The translations under genes and the position numbers were made by a program. 64,000 nt of DNA, from NCBI RefSeq assembly GCF_036321535.1, contig NC_087436.1, positions 118,794,001-118,858,000 of the forward strand, given 5' to 3'. Each line of letters begins with the position of its first letter. Within the stretch, counting starts at the first letter, position 1. Below the pieces are notes generated by a model that worked only from the letters and a program-made list of their open reading frames with translations, searched no databases and was not told where the DNA came from. Positions 26,543 through 40,251 of the stretch are shown here, piece by piece. The stretch is from Camelus dromedarius (taxonomy: Eukaryota).

Positions 26543-26672
26543 CAAGACCAGCTACGGAATCTGCTGCCCAGTGCAAAATGGAAATACAAGTGTCTCGGTT
26601 CTAAAACCCCTCAGACATTCACGATGGCGACACAGAGCATCACGCCAAGAGTGAGAGGTTCTGCTGGCCCTA
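26543..26672 (+). mobile_element. MER91A-like hAT-Tip100 MITE
   Basis: gcccagtgcaaaatggaaatac...acattcacgatggcgacacagagcatcacgccaag...gctggccct. Confidence 0.65.
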
Positions 26673-27236
26673 GACGGAGTTAAGCAGGACTGCGAGAGTG
26701 CCGGGAGGCTCCTGGCGGGCTCTGCCCTGGGCTTCCCTATCTCTAAAATGCGGATGATGACAGCTCTACCCTTTCGAGACAGCCCGGCACACAGGAAGCA
26801 CCACATAGACCTTGCTACTGCCACTGCATTGTCTAAAGTGCATTCAGGCTGCAGACAAACGAGACACGGCCAGGAGATGGCCGGAGACAGGTGGATCTGA
26901 GTGAGAGATGTGTCAGGGGCTGAGCCAACAGGACACGCCCTCGGGAGGGGGGCATTTGCCGAGACTGAACCATATGCCAGACTCGGCCTGAGTCCGGCTC
27001 ACTCTCACCTTGACACAACCATTATCACCATTATCAGCCAAAGTACTGAGCACCAAGGCCTTGTCTGGTGGCTACAGAACTCTCAGCCCTCATTAAAGCA
27101 AAGCTTCTTGGTGACAAGGTTCTAGAAGCAAGCAAAAGGGTTAGGACACTGGACTCAGGCTAAAGGAGGCGGGGTCAGAGCTTTGGTTGGGCAGCAGGTC
27201 CCGGGCAATACCGGTCAGCTTTTGGCTGATGATGGC

Positions 27237-27671
27237 TATACTGGCCTGAATGAATGGTGGTCCCCAAAAGATATGTTCACATACTATTCCCTGGAACCTG
27301 CGCCCTTACCTGGGAAAAGGGTCTTTGCAGATGTAAGCAAGTTAAAGATCTTGAGATGAGACATTTGGGATTCGGGTGAGCCTTCAATTCAATGACACAT
27401 GCCCTTGTAGGAGACACACAGAGGAAGGGAAGGCCATGTGAAGAGGGCGGGGAGACGGGTGAGGCGGCTGCAGCCCAAGAAGCCGAGAACGCTGACAACG
27501 ACCCAAAGCGAGGAGAAGGCTCCTCTCCCAGAGCCTCCAGAGCGCATGTGGCCCCGCCGACACTTTGCTTTGGGGCTTTCAGCCTCCAGAACCATGAGAG
27601 AGTAAATTTCTGTTGTTTGAAGTCACTCAGTTTTAGGGAGTTCTGTATGGCCACCACAGGAAACGAAAATG
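27237..27671 (+). mobile_element. MaLR solo LTR (MLT1C/D-like)
   Basis: aatggtggtccccaaaagatatg; ggaaaagggtctttgcagatgtaa; cagcctccagaaccatgagagagtaaatttctgttgtttgaag. Confidence 0.88.
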
Positions 27672-29704
27672 CTGGGTCCATGAAGGGAAAAACGCTCAGG
27701 GGACACACGCAGCAGTTGTCAAATGACTTAAGATCACCAGCTTCTCAGCACCGAGCCCTGCTTCTTCCCCTGCTGCATTTAACATCAGTAATCAGTTCCC
27801 CCCACACCCTAGGCAAGTCTCCTGTCCTTCCCTCAGAGCCTGCTGGCTCGTGATTTACACACAGTGCTAGCGAACAGAGCTGTCCGCTCTCCCAGCCCAG
27901 AGCAGAAGGCAAATACAAACCTGGCAGACAGCATTCTGCAAAAGGCAAACACACAGACAGGAGAATTGAAAAGACAGCAAAGATCTTTCTAGAAAGCAAA
28001 GATTTTCCACCACACCCCCACCAAAACAAACATGGAGAGTAAAATAATAATTCCCTTAACACTTAAAAAGACTGTGACCCCTAAAATAGTAACATTCTTA
28101 GGACACCTCATTCTCCAATGACAGCAAATTAATAAGGTGCTTGCTGTCCAGACTCTTATATATACTGTGTTGGTACAAAATAGTCAGTGGGAGTTAAAAA
28201 AAAAAAGGATCCTAAGATGTAATAAATCAAGTCAACTGAGTTAGGTTTTCCTAACACAGATTCTGGGCTCAGGGGTGAAGGGCTGCAGAGAGGACCCATA
28301 ATGAGGAGGAGGGCTCCATCACCCATCCCAGCCCTGCTGCCAACCACGGCAAGGCGGGGCCCCAGCCCTGCTCTCCTCACCCCGGACTTTTCAGCCATGA
28401 AGCGGAGCGGACCGTGCACACGGCAGTGTGTGGGAGCAGGGCTGGCACCACCGCTGATCCTGGAGCAGGCCGCCGGCAGCCAGGCTTCTGGGGCCCCTGC
28501 ATCCCATTACAGATCCCAGAAGCCCAGTGCTGAAGGATCTTAGAAATGATGACAACAGAACAGCCACCAGCCCCAGCACATCTGGGAGTGCTTGGCACCC
28601 CGGGCCCTGTTCTGAGCTCTCTGGGTGGCAGCTCAATCCTCACATTAGCCCCAGGGCTGCCGACCCTCAGTGTCCGGCCACCAAGCCTTGTCCCCTCCCA
28701 CCAGTTCTCAGAGGAGTCCCCTCTTGCCACGGCTCTGGCCAGCCTTCACCCCGTCCTGCCTGACTGTGGCCTCCCCTGTCCCCTGGCCTGCACGCTGCCC
28801 CACCCAGGCCCCAGCAGCAGTGGGATGGCCTTCCCCGCTCTTTCAGGGGACAGCCTGCAGGGGACAGTGCCCTCTGTCCTGAGCCTAGCCCCACAGCTAG
28901 CCGGAGCCAGTGGTGGCCCCTGTGAGCCAGGCCTGCTGTCCCATGCAGTCCTCAGCACGTGTCTCACCGATGGGACTATCTCCAGCCACCTCCTAACTGT
29001 CCTCAGGACTCGACTTGGGCCACACCTCTTCCAGGAACCCTCTTTGGCCCCACAGGCAAGGTAAGGGTGCCCTTGTAGTCCTCACCTCACCGGGATGGCA
29101 CTCGGCGACCATCGCCTCGCCCACCTCCAGAACTAGGAGGACAGCAGGGTGGGATGGCCACAGGGGACAGACTCATTTTACAGACGGGGAAACTGAGGCC
29201 CAGGCAGGTCAGAAGCCAGTCTGGGGTCACAGAGGGTGTAGGGGCCCAGAGAGTAGAGGAGAACTCTGCTCCCCTGACCCCACGGGATGGTCAGCAGAGC
29301 TTACCTGGCGCTTCAGAGGCCATGGGGCAGGTACCACCTGACGCAGACACCACGGGCCAGGCTGCAGCTCACTGAGGTGCCCTCAGCTCCCACGGCCGGG
29401 CTGATGACGTCACTCATCAGCAGGTGGCGCCCCCGCCTGGGCTGGCTGACCCCCTCACCAGGACTCTCCCATCTCAGGGGCCACCAGGGGCCAAGACCCC
29501 CCGAGCCCCTCCCTGCGCGCAGAGCCACGCATTCCTGCTGAGTTGAGATGCAGGTCGCTTGCTGCCAACTCTCCCAGCTGTGGACTCCACCGCCATGGGG
29601 CCCTAGGGTGTGCTGACTCCTTCTCCAGGTCAAGCTGTACATTCTGTACCCAACAAACATCTGAGGGCCCCTCTTGTGATGGGGAGAAGGGCAGACTCTG
29701 TTCT

Positions 29705-30318
29705 ACATACATCACACACCCCACACAAACACCCCCCCAACAATGCACACATTATACGGAAACACACACCCAACCCACAAGCCACACACATAAGCAGAGA
29801 AACACAGACACATATACACAAACACCCCCCCAGCATATACACACATCATACAGAAACACACAATACACACACCACACACATACACCACAGAGAAACAAGC
29901 ACACACACATAGCAAACACCACACACATACTGCCAAGGACTGAAGGTTCGTGTCTCCCCAGAATTCGTGTGTTGAAATCCTAATGTCCACTACAATGGGA
30001 ATAGGAGGTGGGCCTTTGGGAGTAATCAGATCACGAGGGTGGAGCCCCCATGAGATTAATGCCTTTACAGTCTCTGCCTTGTGAGGACTCAGCAAGAAGG
30101 CAGCCGTCTACAAGCCAGGAAGAGGGCGCGTGTGAAAACCTGATCTCGGACTTCTAGCCTGCGAAACTGTGAGAAGTAAGTGTCTGCTGTCTAAAGCACG
30201 CGTTCTATAGAATTATGTTACAGCAGCCCAAGCTGACACACACCACCACACACACACCAAACACCACACATCAACACCCCCCCAAACACCGCGCACATCA
30301 TACACACCACACACACCA
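29705..30318. repeat. CA-rich low-complexity region interrupted by an MLT1A LTR
   Basis: Degenerate (CA)n at 29705-29930 and 30238-30318. Confidence 0.8.
29931..30240 (+). mobile_element. MaLR solo LTR (MLT1A/MLT1A0-like)
   Basis: ggactgaaggttcgtgtctccccagaattcgtgtgttgaaatcctaa; ggaggtgggcctttgggag; gcaagaaggcagccgtctacaagccaggaagag; gttacagcagcccaagctgac. Confidence 0.85.
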
Positions 30319-30762
30319 GCTCGGCAGCTCCGACGAGGACAGGAAAACCCCAAATGTCCAGGGGAAGCATTTCTGAGATGCACAGACCTGCCTCTCCAGC
30401 CTGAATATCAGAATTCCCAGAGAGAGGTCCTGGGCGTCTTGGGAAGGCTCCTCGGAAGGCCTGGGGCTTCAAAGTTCCAGTTGCCAACAACAGAAGGAAG
30501 CAGAGAATCGGCAGGCTCGGAGGCGGTGGGTTCACAGCAGGCCCGCACGCTGACGGCACCATCACGCCTACCCTCCACGAAGGCAACCGGGCTCGGAGGG
30601 GTCCAGAGCTGCCCGCGTCACCACAGGCAAGCCCCATCCGACTCCCGTCCACTAGCTGCCACGGTGGCCCATGTCACCCTGGCCAAGCCACAGAGCAACC
30701 CCAGGGGCAGGCAGGACCAAGGTTGTCTTCCTGATTTAGAGATGGGGAAACTGAGGCTCAGA

Positions 30763-30786
30763 TACACACACACACACACACACACA
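30763..30786. repeat. (CA)n microsatellite
   Basis: Seen directly. Confidence 0.9.
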
Positions 30787-31499
30787 CTAAAAAGCCACAT
30801 CACTAGGTTCGCTGAAAAGCTATTTGTTCTGGAAGGAAGGGGGTAAGCGGAGCAAAAAGGAGGCATGTGCTGTGTCCTGGGGGCAGCAGGGCAGAGAATG
30901 CAGGGCCTGGCAGGGGACGCTCAGGCAGCGCCCAGCCCCACGGCACCAGCTGCCAGACCCCCTCTGCAGTCCTTCCCGTTCCCTGCATCCTGCCACCTGC
31001 AGCCCAGGGGCCTTCAAAACAGTCTCCCTGCCCCTCCGAACCCGGCCACCCACCCAAGGCTGCAAGAGGAAGCCTCCTGAAGCAAGTCAGCATGCATAGC
31101 ATCCGTGCCCAGAAAATAATCAAAATAGCAATAACATGTCAAGCTGCTGTGGCCCTCAGGGGCAAGTCCCGACATGGCCGCGGATGGCTGGCGAGGTCCC
31201 TGTACCATCTCGCCCTGTTGCTGTGTCTCCTTGCCCACCTGCCCGGCTGGAGCATCAGTTCTTCTGAAACCATCTTATTCACTTGGCTGTCCAGTACCAG
31301 GCAAAATGCCCACCCAGCACAGGTGCTTGGCCACATCAGGACCCCTCCTGGATGCCTGCTCAGCTGTGAAAGCGTCACACAGTTACAACGTTCAGGCGGA
31401 AGGACACAAGGGATCCTTCAAGGGACATAGGACTCTTGGGTCCTTGGTAAAAAAATAATCCCCGAACCACGAAGATAAGTGTCATTTCATAAGAACTGC

Positions 31500-31540
31500 C
31501 GTGTGCGTGTGTGCGTGCGTGTGTGTGTGTGTGTGTGTGT
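31500..31540. repeat. (GT/GC)n alternating microsatellite
   Basis: gtgtgcgtgtgtgcgtgcgtgtgtgtgtgtgtgtgtgtgt. Confidence 0.9.
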
Positions 31541-32519
31541 ACACAGAGATGCAGCTGTCCCCACTCCCCACATAGTCAAACATGGCCCTTGGTAAAATGG
31601 CAGGGTACAAGCATCAAGGACCTTGGCCTTGCCCTTGGGTAACAAAGCTCAGTGCAGAGAGGAGCTCGGCCAGTTGGAGGCATCACTCCCTTGTTTGTTC
31701 AGTACAAGCTCACCACTCGCTTCCTACGTGCAGGCACCGTGCTGGGCTCGGGACCACAATATCAAGTAGCTGCACCCCACTCTGCCCTCGGGATGCTGAC
31801 GGCCTCTTCTGCCCAAAGCTCCCTCCTCTCAGACTCCTGCTCCTTTGTTCTTTTCAGTATCACCGTATGTCCTTTATACCTTAAAACAGCTGTAAGAAGG
31901 GGAGAGTGGGATTTCTCCAGGAACCATCACTTTTCAATCCCCAGAAAAGTATTAGGAGGTCAGAACACTCTCCTTTTGCTGGCAGCATCACCTGCCATTG
32001 TCACTGGTCATTGTCACCCCAGTCATAGAATAAACCTGGTCACCTCTGAAGTCAAGACCATGCGGAGGGCTGCAGCTGACATAAGTAAGAGCTAGACGCT
32101 GTGAGGAAACCAACTTCGATGGCGCAGGAGGGCCCAGGAATCTTTGTACAGCCTTTGTCACCTGGTCCTAGCAGGTCCATCTTGCTATGTCCCACAGAAG
32201 TAAAGTACAGCCAAGATCAGGGCAGGGAGGCCTCTCTGAATTCGACAGACTTGGAGCACCAGGACTCATGGTCAAAGACCCACAGAGCACATATCTGAAC
32301 TCATGGATGCCACCGCCCAAAAAAACCCCAGAGAAACCCGATTAGGGCCATACTGTGCAGCTACCTGCCCCGTAGCCACTTTGGCAAAGTCTTGCCCAAT
32401 AAAATGCCCTACACAGGAGGAAGGCAGGGAAGAAAGATGGAAGAAAAGAACAGGGGAGGAAGGAAGAGTAGGAGGGAAGAAAGGAGGGAAGGAGAACACA
32501 GAAAGAATGAAATCAAATT

Positions 32520-34580
32520 TCCAGTTTCTGGTCTGGTGCGCAAGGAACTTGGGAATCATCACTCTCATCCACACAACAAGAAAAAAGCTGAACAAACTGA
32601 AAATCACAACTTCTTTTTATATCCATCAGAGAACTGAGGTCACAGGGCCAACCACTCCCAGACAGGCAGATACAGAGACTAATACGTTACCAGAGCAGAA
32701 ACCCAAGAGCAGAAGCCTCTGTGGGAACCAGTTCAGGTTCCTTTTGCCAAATACTCCTTGCCCAGCTTTCAGTAACAACAACAACAACAACAGGAAAAAC
32801 AAACAAACAAACAACCTACCAGGCAAACTGGATGGCAAAAAAACCCAGTTTGAAGAGGCAGCAAGCATCAGAACCAGACTATGATATGGCAGTGATGTTG
32901 GAATTATCAGACTAAGACTTTAAAATAACTATGATCAATATGCTAAGGGCACAGATGGAAAAAGCAGACAACATGCAAGAATAGATGCTAATGTAAGCCG
33001 AGATGGAAATTCTAAGAAAGGGCCAAACAAACAAAAAAAAAATGCTGGAGATCAAAAGCATTGTAACAGAAATGAAGAATGCCTTTGATGGGCTCATCAG
33101 TACACTGGACATGGCTGAGGAATCAGCCAGTTTAAAGACATATTGATACAACTTTCCAGACGAACAGCAAAATTAAAAAAAAAAAACCACTGAAATAAAC
33201 AGAATAGGATATGCCAGAACTGTGGGATAATTACAAAAGGTGTAATACATGCATAATAGGAGAAGAGAGGAAGCGAAAGGAAGAGAAGAAATATTTGAAG
33301 CAGTAATGTCTGCGTATTTCTGAAAATTATGATACTAAACCACAGATCTGGGAAGCTCAGCGAACACACAGAGTACATGCCCGAAGATCCACACCCAGGC
33401 ATATCGCAATAAAGCTTCAGAAAATCAAAGATAAAAGAAAAATCTTGAAAGGAGCCAGAGGAAAAAAATCTTACAAATAGAGGAGCAGGGATAAGAATTA
33501 TATCAGACTTTTCTTCAGAAGCCACACAAACTGGAAGAGAATGGAGTGAAATATTTAAATCACTGGAAGAAAAAAATCTCCAACCTAAAACTCTGTACCC
33601 TGCAAAATTTCCCTTCAAAATGAAGGAGAAATAAAGACTAACTCAAACAAACAAAAGCTGAAGACACTTGTCACCAGTAGGCCAGCCTTGCAAAAAATGT
33701 TAAAGTAAGTTCTTCCAAGAGAAGGAAAATGACATAGGTCAGAAACAGATCTACATAAAGAAAGGAAGAGTGCTGGATAAGGAATAAATAAAGGTAAAAT
33801 TAAAACTTTTATTTTTCTTATTCTTAATTGATCTAACAGATAACAATGTTCAAAATGATAAAAGCAATAAATATTCTGTGATTATAGCTTCTGGATAAAT
33901 GAAATGAATGACAGCAATTTACAAGGAACAGGAGGGAGGAAATAGGAATACTTGGGTATAAGGGTCTTACATTACACACGAAGCAACGTGGTGTTATTTG
34001 AAAGTGGACTCGGGTTAGTTGTAAATGTGTATGGCAAACTCTAGGGTGACCACTAAAATTTTTTTAAAGAAATACAACTGACCTACTCAGAAAGGAGAGA
34101 AAAAAATGGCAACATATAAATACTCCATTAAAGCCACAGAAATCAGAGGGTAGAAGACAAAAACAGTAACAAATGGTCAAAAGATGGAAAACAGCAACAG
34201 ATACGGCAGATGCTAATCCAACTACATCAATGATCACTTTGGTCATCAAAGGTCTAAGAGCTGTAGTGTACAGCACGGTGACTGTGGTAAACAATACTGT
34301 GTCGCATATTTGAAAGTTGCTAATGGAGTGGCTCTCAAAGTTCTCATCACAAGAAAACTAACTTTTATCATTATGCCTGGTCACCATTGATAACTGGACT
34401 TACTGTGGTGATCATTTTGCAACATACATAAATATTGAATCATTTGCTGCCCACTTGAAACTATTACAATGTTTATGTCAATTACACCTGAATTAAAAAT
34501 ATGTATCAATGGTCTAAATGCACCAATTAAAAGGCAGAGATTGTCAGTGTGGCCCAACTACAGGTCGTCTACAAGAAAAC
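32520..34580 (+). mobile_element. Old L1 (L1MC/MD-type) 5' end, decayed ORF1, inter-ORF region and start of ORF2
   Basis: aagaaaaaagctgaacaaactgaaaatc 5' motif; ORF1 remnants gaaatgaagaatgcctttgatgggctcatcagta and agaattatatcagacttttcttcagaa; ORF2 start ggtctaaatgcaccaattaaaaggcagagattgtcag. Confidence 0.85.
34258..34504 (+). mobile_element. Younger L1 3' end (L1MA9-like) nested in the old L1, with a 13-bp TSD
   Basis: gtacagcacggtgactgtggtaaacaatactgt...ttgaaagttgctaa...gtggtgatcattttgcaacatac; TSD atcaaaggtctaa (34245-34257) / atcaatggtctaa (34505-34517). Confidence 0.85.
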
Positions 34581-37500
34581 AATGACCTTCAAGATTCAAA
34601 TGCACAAAGCGAGCCAACTTCTGCGTATTCATAGTCAACTAAAGGAAAAGAAAGCTCAAGTTCACGCCCAGCCACTGTTCATCTCTGTGTTGACACAATC
34701 TCTGACCTACAACCAAAAAGGCACAACTCACCACTTCTGAATTAAAGAGCTCTGTAATACATCCACCAAGATACAAGCTGCATTATAAAATCGATACTCA
34801 AGAAGCACACTATAAAGTAACGTGGCCCCAAATAACACAAAAATCATACTGATGATCTAAATTAAATCACAAAGACAAAGCCCATGCCGATTCGAATTTT
34901 GAAGTTAGCTAAGCAGGAATTCTTCTCAGCGTGAGTACCTGAATATTTCACAGCAGACCTCAGCCCCGCTCCCCACCACCACCAGTATCTCCCCGAAGAA
35001 TGGGACAGTCACTCTGCTCACAACTTCTTTGTTAGGCTTCGGATACTCATAAATGTAAAGGTTTTGTTTCCACATCCTATCCCCAGACTGAGGGGGGGCT
35101 TCCTCTGCACATCCATAGTACACCTGGCTTCCCTTCTTCACAGCCCTGACCGCCCCATCTTGGCACTATGTCCCCCACCACAGGGGGCACTCTGTGGCAG
35201 TGAGGACTTGGCATTAGTCTCAGCCTCCTGAGAGCCTGACTCAGTGCCTGGCCCAGGGAAAAGCAGCTGGCAGGTGCCTGTGAAACGGGTGTTCACACGT
35301 GCACACGAGGGACACTGCAGTGCCTTCCTTCACGCATACAAACAATGCCAGGTGCGGCACAAGGCCTGGGGGCAGAGAGATAAACCTTATCCCCTCTCCC
35401 GCCGGACCTTCAGGTCTGGCAGGGAAGGGTGACGTGTCCATAAACAATCACAGCCCAAATCAGAAAACGGTAATGAGGGATAACCTGCTGGGGACACCCG
35501 GAGACAGAAGAGATGGCTTCCGGCTGGGGGCTTGGTGATGGAAGCAACATCCGAGCTGCCCCAGCAGGACAGCGGGACCTGGGCAGACCGAGCTGCAAGA
35601 CGTAGGACCCATCTGTTTGGAGTCTGTGGGGCTGGGGCAGGGCAGCTTAGTGTCCTTGGGACCCACTCCTCCCCTCCCCTCAAGCCGTGGGATGCTACTA
35701 GGGCTGACCCACCCCATGTCAGGGATGGATACCTCCCAGGCGCAGCCCGGCCCATCCTTAACAAAAATGCCACTGCAAACACAGAGTAAAATAACCTAGT
35801 TCCCCTGATACCACCGCATCAACCATCAAGCCCCCTGAGAATCATTCATGGCCCCACTTACACGAGAGAGAACATGTGGCTCTGAGAGCCACAGCCTGCC
35901 TGGACTTGGACACAAACCTTTGAGAGCCCGGTCCACTGGCTGCTCCCCAAAGCGCTGCTCAACACAACTGCTAGATCTCACGGAAATTCTCACAGACGTT
36001 TGCAGACTAACCTCTAACGCCGTGGTGATGTTAGACGTCAGATGATGTCAGATTCCCCCTCGTGTCGTGGGAATTAAGAAACGGTGGGAGGGGGAAATTA
36101 CACAATGAATGGACCATCCCTTCAACACTTAACAGAAGTGCTCTGCCTTCCAAGAGGCATCTACGAACCTATATTTTGATCTGTTAAACCCAAATCATAA
36201 CCAGGAGAACAGTTAAGCACTCCTGAAAGGTCCTATGTCAGCACCCGAGGGGTAACGTCTCCCTCTGGGAGCAGGAATGAGGGAAGCCCCAGTTAGGGAC
36301 CTAACAGAATGTTCGAACTGTCTGCACAGAGTCATCTCATTAACCCTCTCAAGGTCTTGAGAGGGAGGCTCGTCTGGCGTACTTTGTACATGAAACAGCT
36401 GGGGCACAGAGAGGCCGAGCCACTGCCCAGGCTCACACAGCCAGAAACGGCCCCGGCTGTCCCTCCCCCACCCTCCACTTAGCCCTTTCTTGCTTGCTAT
36501 TCCTTACTTTTGATGGTGTTTAGCACTTGTTAACATTGAAACTAAGGGAAAGACTCTAGATTTCCAAGAAATGGCCAGCCCAGGAAACAAACAAGTCAGG
36601 TCTGCTCCCCCTCCACTCTGGCCAGCTGACCGGAACCCACATGGCAGCGGCTCCTGGCTGCACCCAGAAAGCTCTTGAGCACAGCCTGCAGAAACCAAAT
36701 GACAGTGACCATTCATGAAGATACTCAGCAGATACCAGGCATTTAAACAGGTTTGTATTGAGTCCCCACAACAAGCTCACAGAACTCAGTCGACGCCCGT
36801 TTTCAGAGGAGGAAACTGAGGCTCGAGAAGGTGAAGTACAGAGCTGAGATCCGACCCGGCCTGACTCTGCAGCCTGCCCCCTCCAGGCCTCCTTTGCTCC
36901 CACGGGGTGGCCCCTCCACCTCTCCCCGGGGGAGGGGGAATAACAGCGTCTCCCCACCACCACCTCCCACCCGCCCCCACACTTTCAGAGGGAGGAGGTG
37001 CTCAAGGCCTTGCCTGGAACACACCCTGCGCCCTGGAACACAGCCCGTGCAGCCCCACCTCCGCCACGTGAGCGGACAGATGCTTTGCACATGTTCTCAG
37101 TGCCTGTCCCGTGGGGCGCACCCAGCTCTGCTGCACTGAAGAGGCTGAGAGACAGAGCTTTGTTATCACTGGTCAGAGCGGCTGTAGGCTGCACTTCTTA
37201 TATCTTCACCGGGATTCAGGGAATGCACAAGGCTTGGCCCTGTGGACTTGTCACTGCATCACACCTGCTCCAGCCCCTTAAAAGGGGGCACGCGCTGTCA
37301 AACAGGAACCGCCCAAATCCTTTGCTCCTGGGACATCAGTGATTTACTCCAAGATTTGAGAAAGGAGCTCTTCAAAACGTTCTTTCAAGGTCCATTCATA
37401 CTCTCTCATACCCTGAGGTGATGACGCCGCAGGGGGACAAACGTGCCACCACCAACTAAGCTGAAATTCACACTTCTCAGCTCCCTCAGGGCTAGGCTGT

Positions 37501-37847
37501 CACACAGGACTCACAATCCATCGTTTGTTCAATTCATTCAATCATTCATTCACACAACGTTTGACCCCAGGATGAACGGGCAGCTGGATGCTGATGCCAG
37601 GTGTCCATTTGCTGGACCCGGCAGATGTAGGATGCTCCAAGGCTCCTGGGGTTTGGCTACCATCCCTGCTTGCAGCTGTGGCCCTGGGACAGTGCTTCTG
37701 ATCCCCAAGCGTCAGAGAGGGCAACTAGGGGTGGCACCCTGAGGCCCAGCTGAGACCCTGCTCTTCCACCTTCCAAGCATGTCGTCAGTACCTGCTCCCC
37801 CTCTGTATAAAGGGGATGCTATACTCATCTGTTTAAAGGAGCCCAAC

Positions 37848-38481
37848 ACATGTACCCAAAGAAAACTCTAGCTCGAAAATGTACAGGCACCCCAATGTTC
37901 ACAGCTGCACTATTTATAGTAGCCAAGACATGAAGGAACCTAAATGTCCATCAACTGATGACTGGATAAAGAAGATGTGGTGTATATATACAATGGAATA
38001 TTACACAGCCATAAAAAATGACACAATGCCATTTGCAGCAACGTGGATAAACCTAGGGATTATCACACTAAGTGAGGTAAGTCAGAGAAAGACAAATACC
38101 GTATGATATCACTTATATGTGGAATCTAAAAAAATGACACAAATGAACTTATTTACAAAATAGAAACAGACTCACAGACATAGAAAACAAATTTATGGTC
38201 ACCAAAGGGGAAAGGAGCAGGGAGGGATAAATTAGGAGTTCGAGATTGGCAGATACAAACTACTATACATGAAATAGATAAACAATAAGGTCATACTGTA
38301 TAGCACAGGGAACTATGCTCAATAGCTTGCACTATCTTATAACAAAAAGAATATGAAAAAGAATATACATATGTATACTTGAATCACACTGCTGTACACC
38401 ATAAACTAACACAACATTGTAAATCAACTATACTTCAATTAAAAAAATAAAAATAAAAAACATTATGCAGAGACAGGAAAA
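37848..38481 (+). mobile_element. 5'-truncated L1 (cetartiodactyl-type 3' end) with a 13-bp TSD
   Basis: caccccaatgttcacagctgcac...aacctaaatgtccatcaactgatgactggataaagaagatgtgg...tgtaaatcaactatacttcaattaaaa; TSD aaaggagcccaac (37835-37847) / aaaggaacccaac (38482-38494). Confidence 0.93.
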
Positions 38482-39865
38482 AAAGGAACCCAACTGAGTG
38501 GCTTCTGTTATCTGCAACTGAACACAGATAGAAACAGGGGTGCCCAGAAACCCAGGTTAAAATGAAAGATGGACACACAAAGTAACACTAAGTGATACAG
38601 AAGAAAACCCAACAGTTTGTTCATGCTCACTACATATACACCCTTCCTCACCTACACTTCACTGATGGAACTTAACATCCTAGAGCCTCAGAAAGGCAGT
38701 GGAGTGGAGGGTTCTCAAGGGCCGGCTCTGGCATCAGACTGAGCTAGAATCTTGATGCTGTTCATTAGCTGTGTGTCTCTGGGGAGGTTACCTGCCCTCT
38801 CTGGCTTCAGTTTCTCCACTGGGAAAAATGAGAAAAAAAATTTTTTTAACAGAAATAAATTTTAATTCATTGAAAAGTGCAGCAGTGAACAGGGTCCTTT
38901 GAAGGGCACTTTCTAAGTCAATGAGTGAGACGACACAGAGCCAGGGCAGAATCGCTTCTCGGAACAGATGATGCGACCACAGGAATTCACAACACTCAGT
39001 GGGACCTAAGTGGTGATGAAACTAAAGATCCCGATATTCCCACCTAGTTCCACTGCTAGATCAGTTTAAATACCCTCTGCTTGCTCTTAGTAAGGATCCT
39101 GGGACAATATATCTTCTTTCGTTAAAACTATTCCTTACACACTTAAACTTAAGAACAGTTCTCAGAGATTAAGGTATAATCTTCCATGGCTATCATGACT
39201 ATTTTGTACAAAAACCCTAGTATAGTCAATTAAAATGTATTTTGCAACAGCACCATTGGTCAAATTCAAAGATGCTCAAAGGCATTCCCTAATTTGTAAT
39301 TGTAGGAAATGCAACTATTTGAGAGGAAACGATTGACAATTTTGAAAAACCTCATGGGGTTGGGTTGTTGTGAGTACAGCATGAGTTGCATTAACTTGTT
39401 AATTAAGTCATGATTTTATTATTATTATGAATGTTTAATAAGTATCTATTAATTATTGTTAATATTAATGAGTATAAATGATTAATTAATAAGTGTTACA
39501 TATTCATTGTGGAAAATTTGAAGACAAAGATGAGATTAAAAAATCACTTATTTCCCCAACCCTCTGGGAACAGTGGGGACAATTAATTATTAACTGTTCC
39601 AGTAGTTAATGTTAATAATTAATACTCTGACACACACACACATGTGTGCACACATACACACATACACATACAACAGCAAAGGCCAGCAGCCCTGCTTTCT
39701 TCTGGACTCCTCTGAGGTCTGGGCACCATGCCCCCTCCCCAACTTTAACCTGTGTTTGAGGGTTTCACATGGGCTTCAAATTTCATTTATTCAAAGGGTT
39801 TCATCCCAGCTAAAAAGCATAGAAAACTACCGTGTCAGATAACACTGAAAAATGTTCTTGATACA

Positions 39866-40251
39866 TGTTAGCGGTTAAATTCCTTTCCCTTCTGAAAAAA
39901 ATCTACATGTTGAAGTCTCAACCCCCCAGGACCCCAGAATGTGACCTCATCTGGAGGTAAGAGGAGGAGGTCATCAGGGCGGGCCCTTGTCCAGTACGAC
40001 TGGTGCCCTCATAAAGAGGCTCACACGGGGAGAACCCCGAGGGACGGTGAGGCAGAGGTCAGGGACACCTCTATAAGCCAAGGAACCCCAAGAATGGCTA
40101 TCACACCCCAGAAGCTGGGGAAGAAGTCTGGAACAGACCCTCCGTCGCTGCCTCAGACTTCCAGACTCCAGAACGTGGAGAGAATGATTTCCATCGTTTC
40201 AGCCGCCCAGTCTGTGGTTCCCTCACACAGCAGCCGTAGGAAACCAATGCA
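39866..40251 (+). mobile_element. MaLR solo LTR (MLT1B-like)
   Basis: TGTTAGCGGTTAAAT start; cccagaatgtgacctcatctggag; cagacttccagactccagaacgtggagag; cagccgtaggaaaccaatgca end. Confidence 0.85.

Noticed and set aside
29543..30095. His/Thr-rich and Cys/Val-rich ORFs
   Set aside because: Translations of CA-rich low-complexity DNA plus MLT1A.
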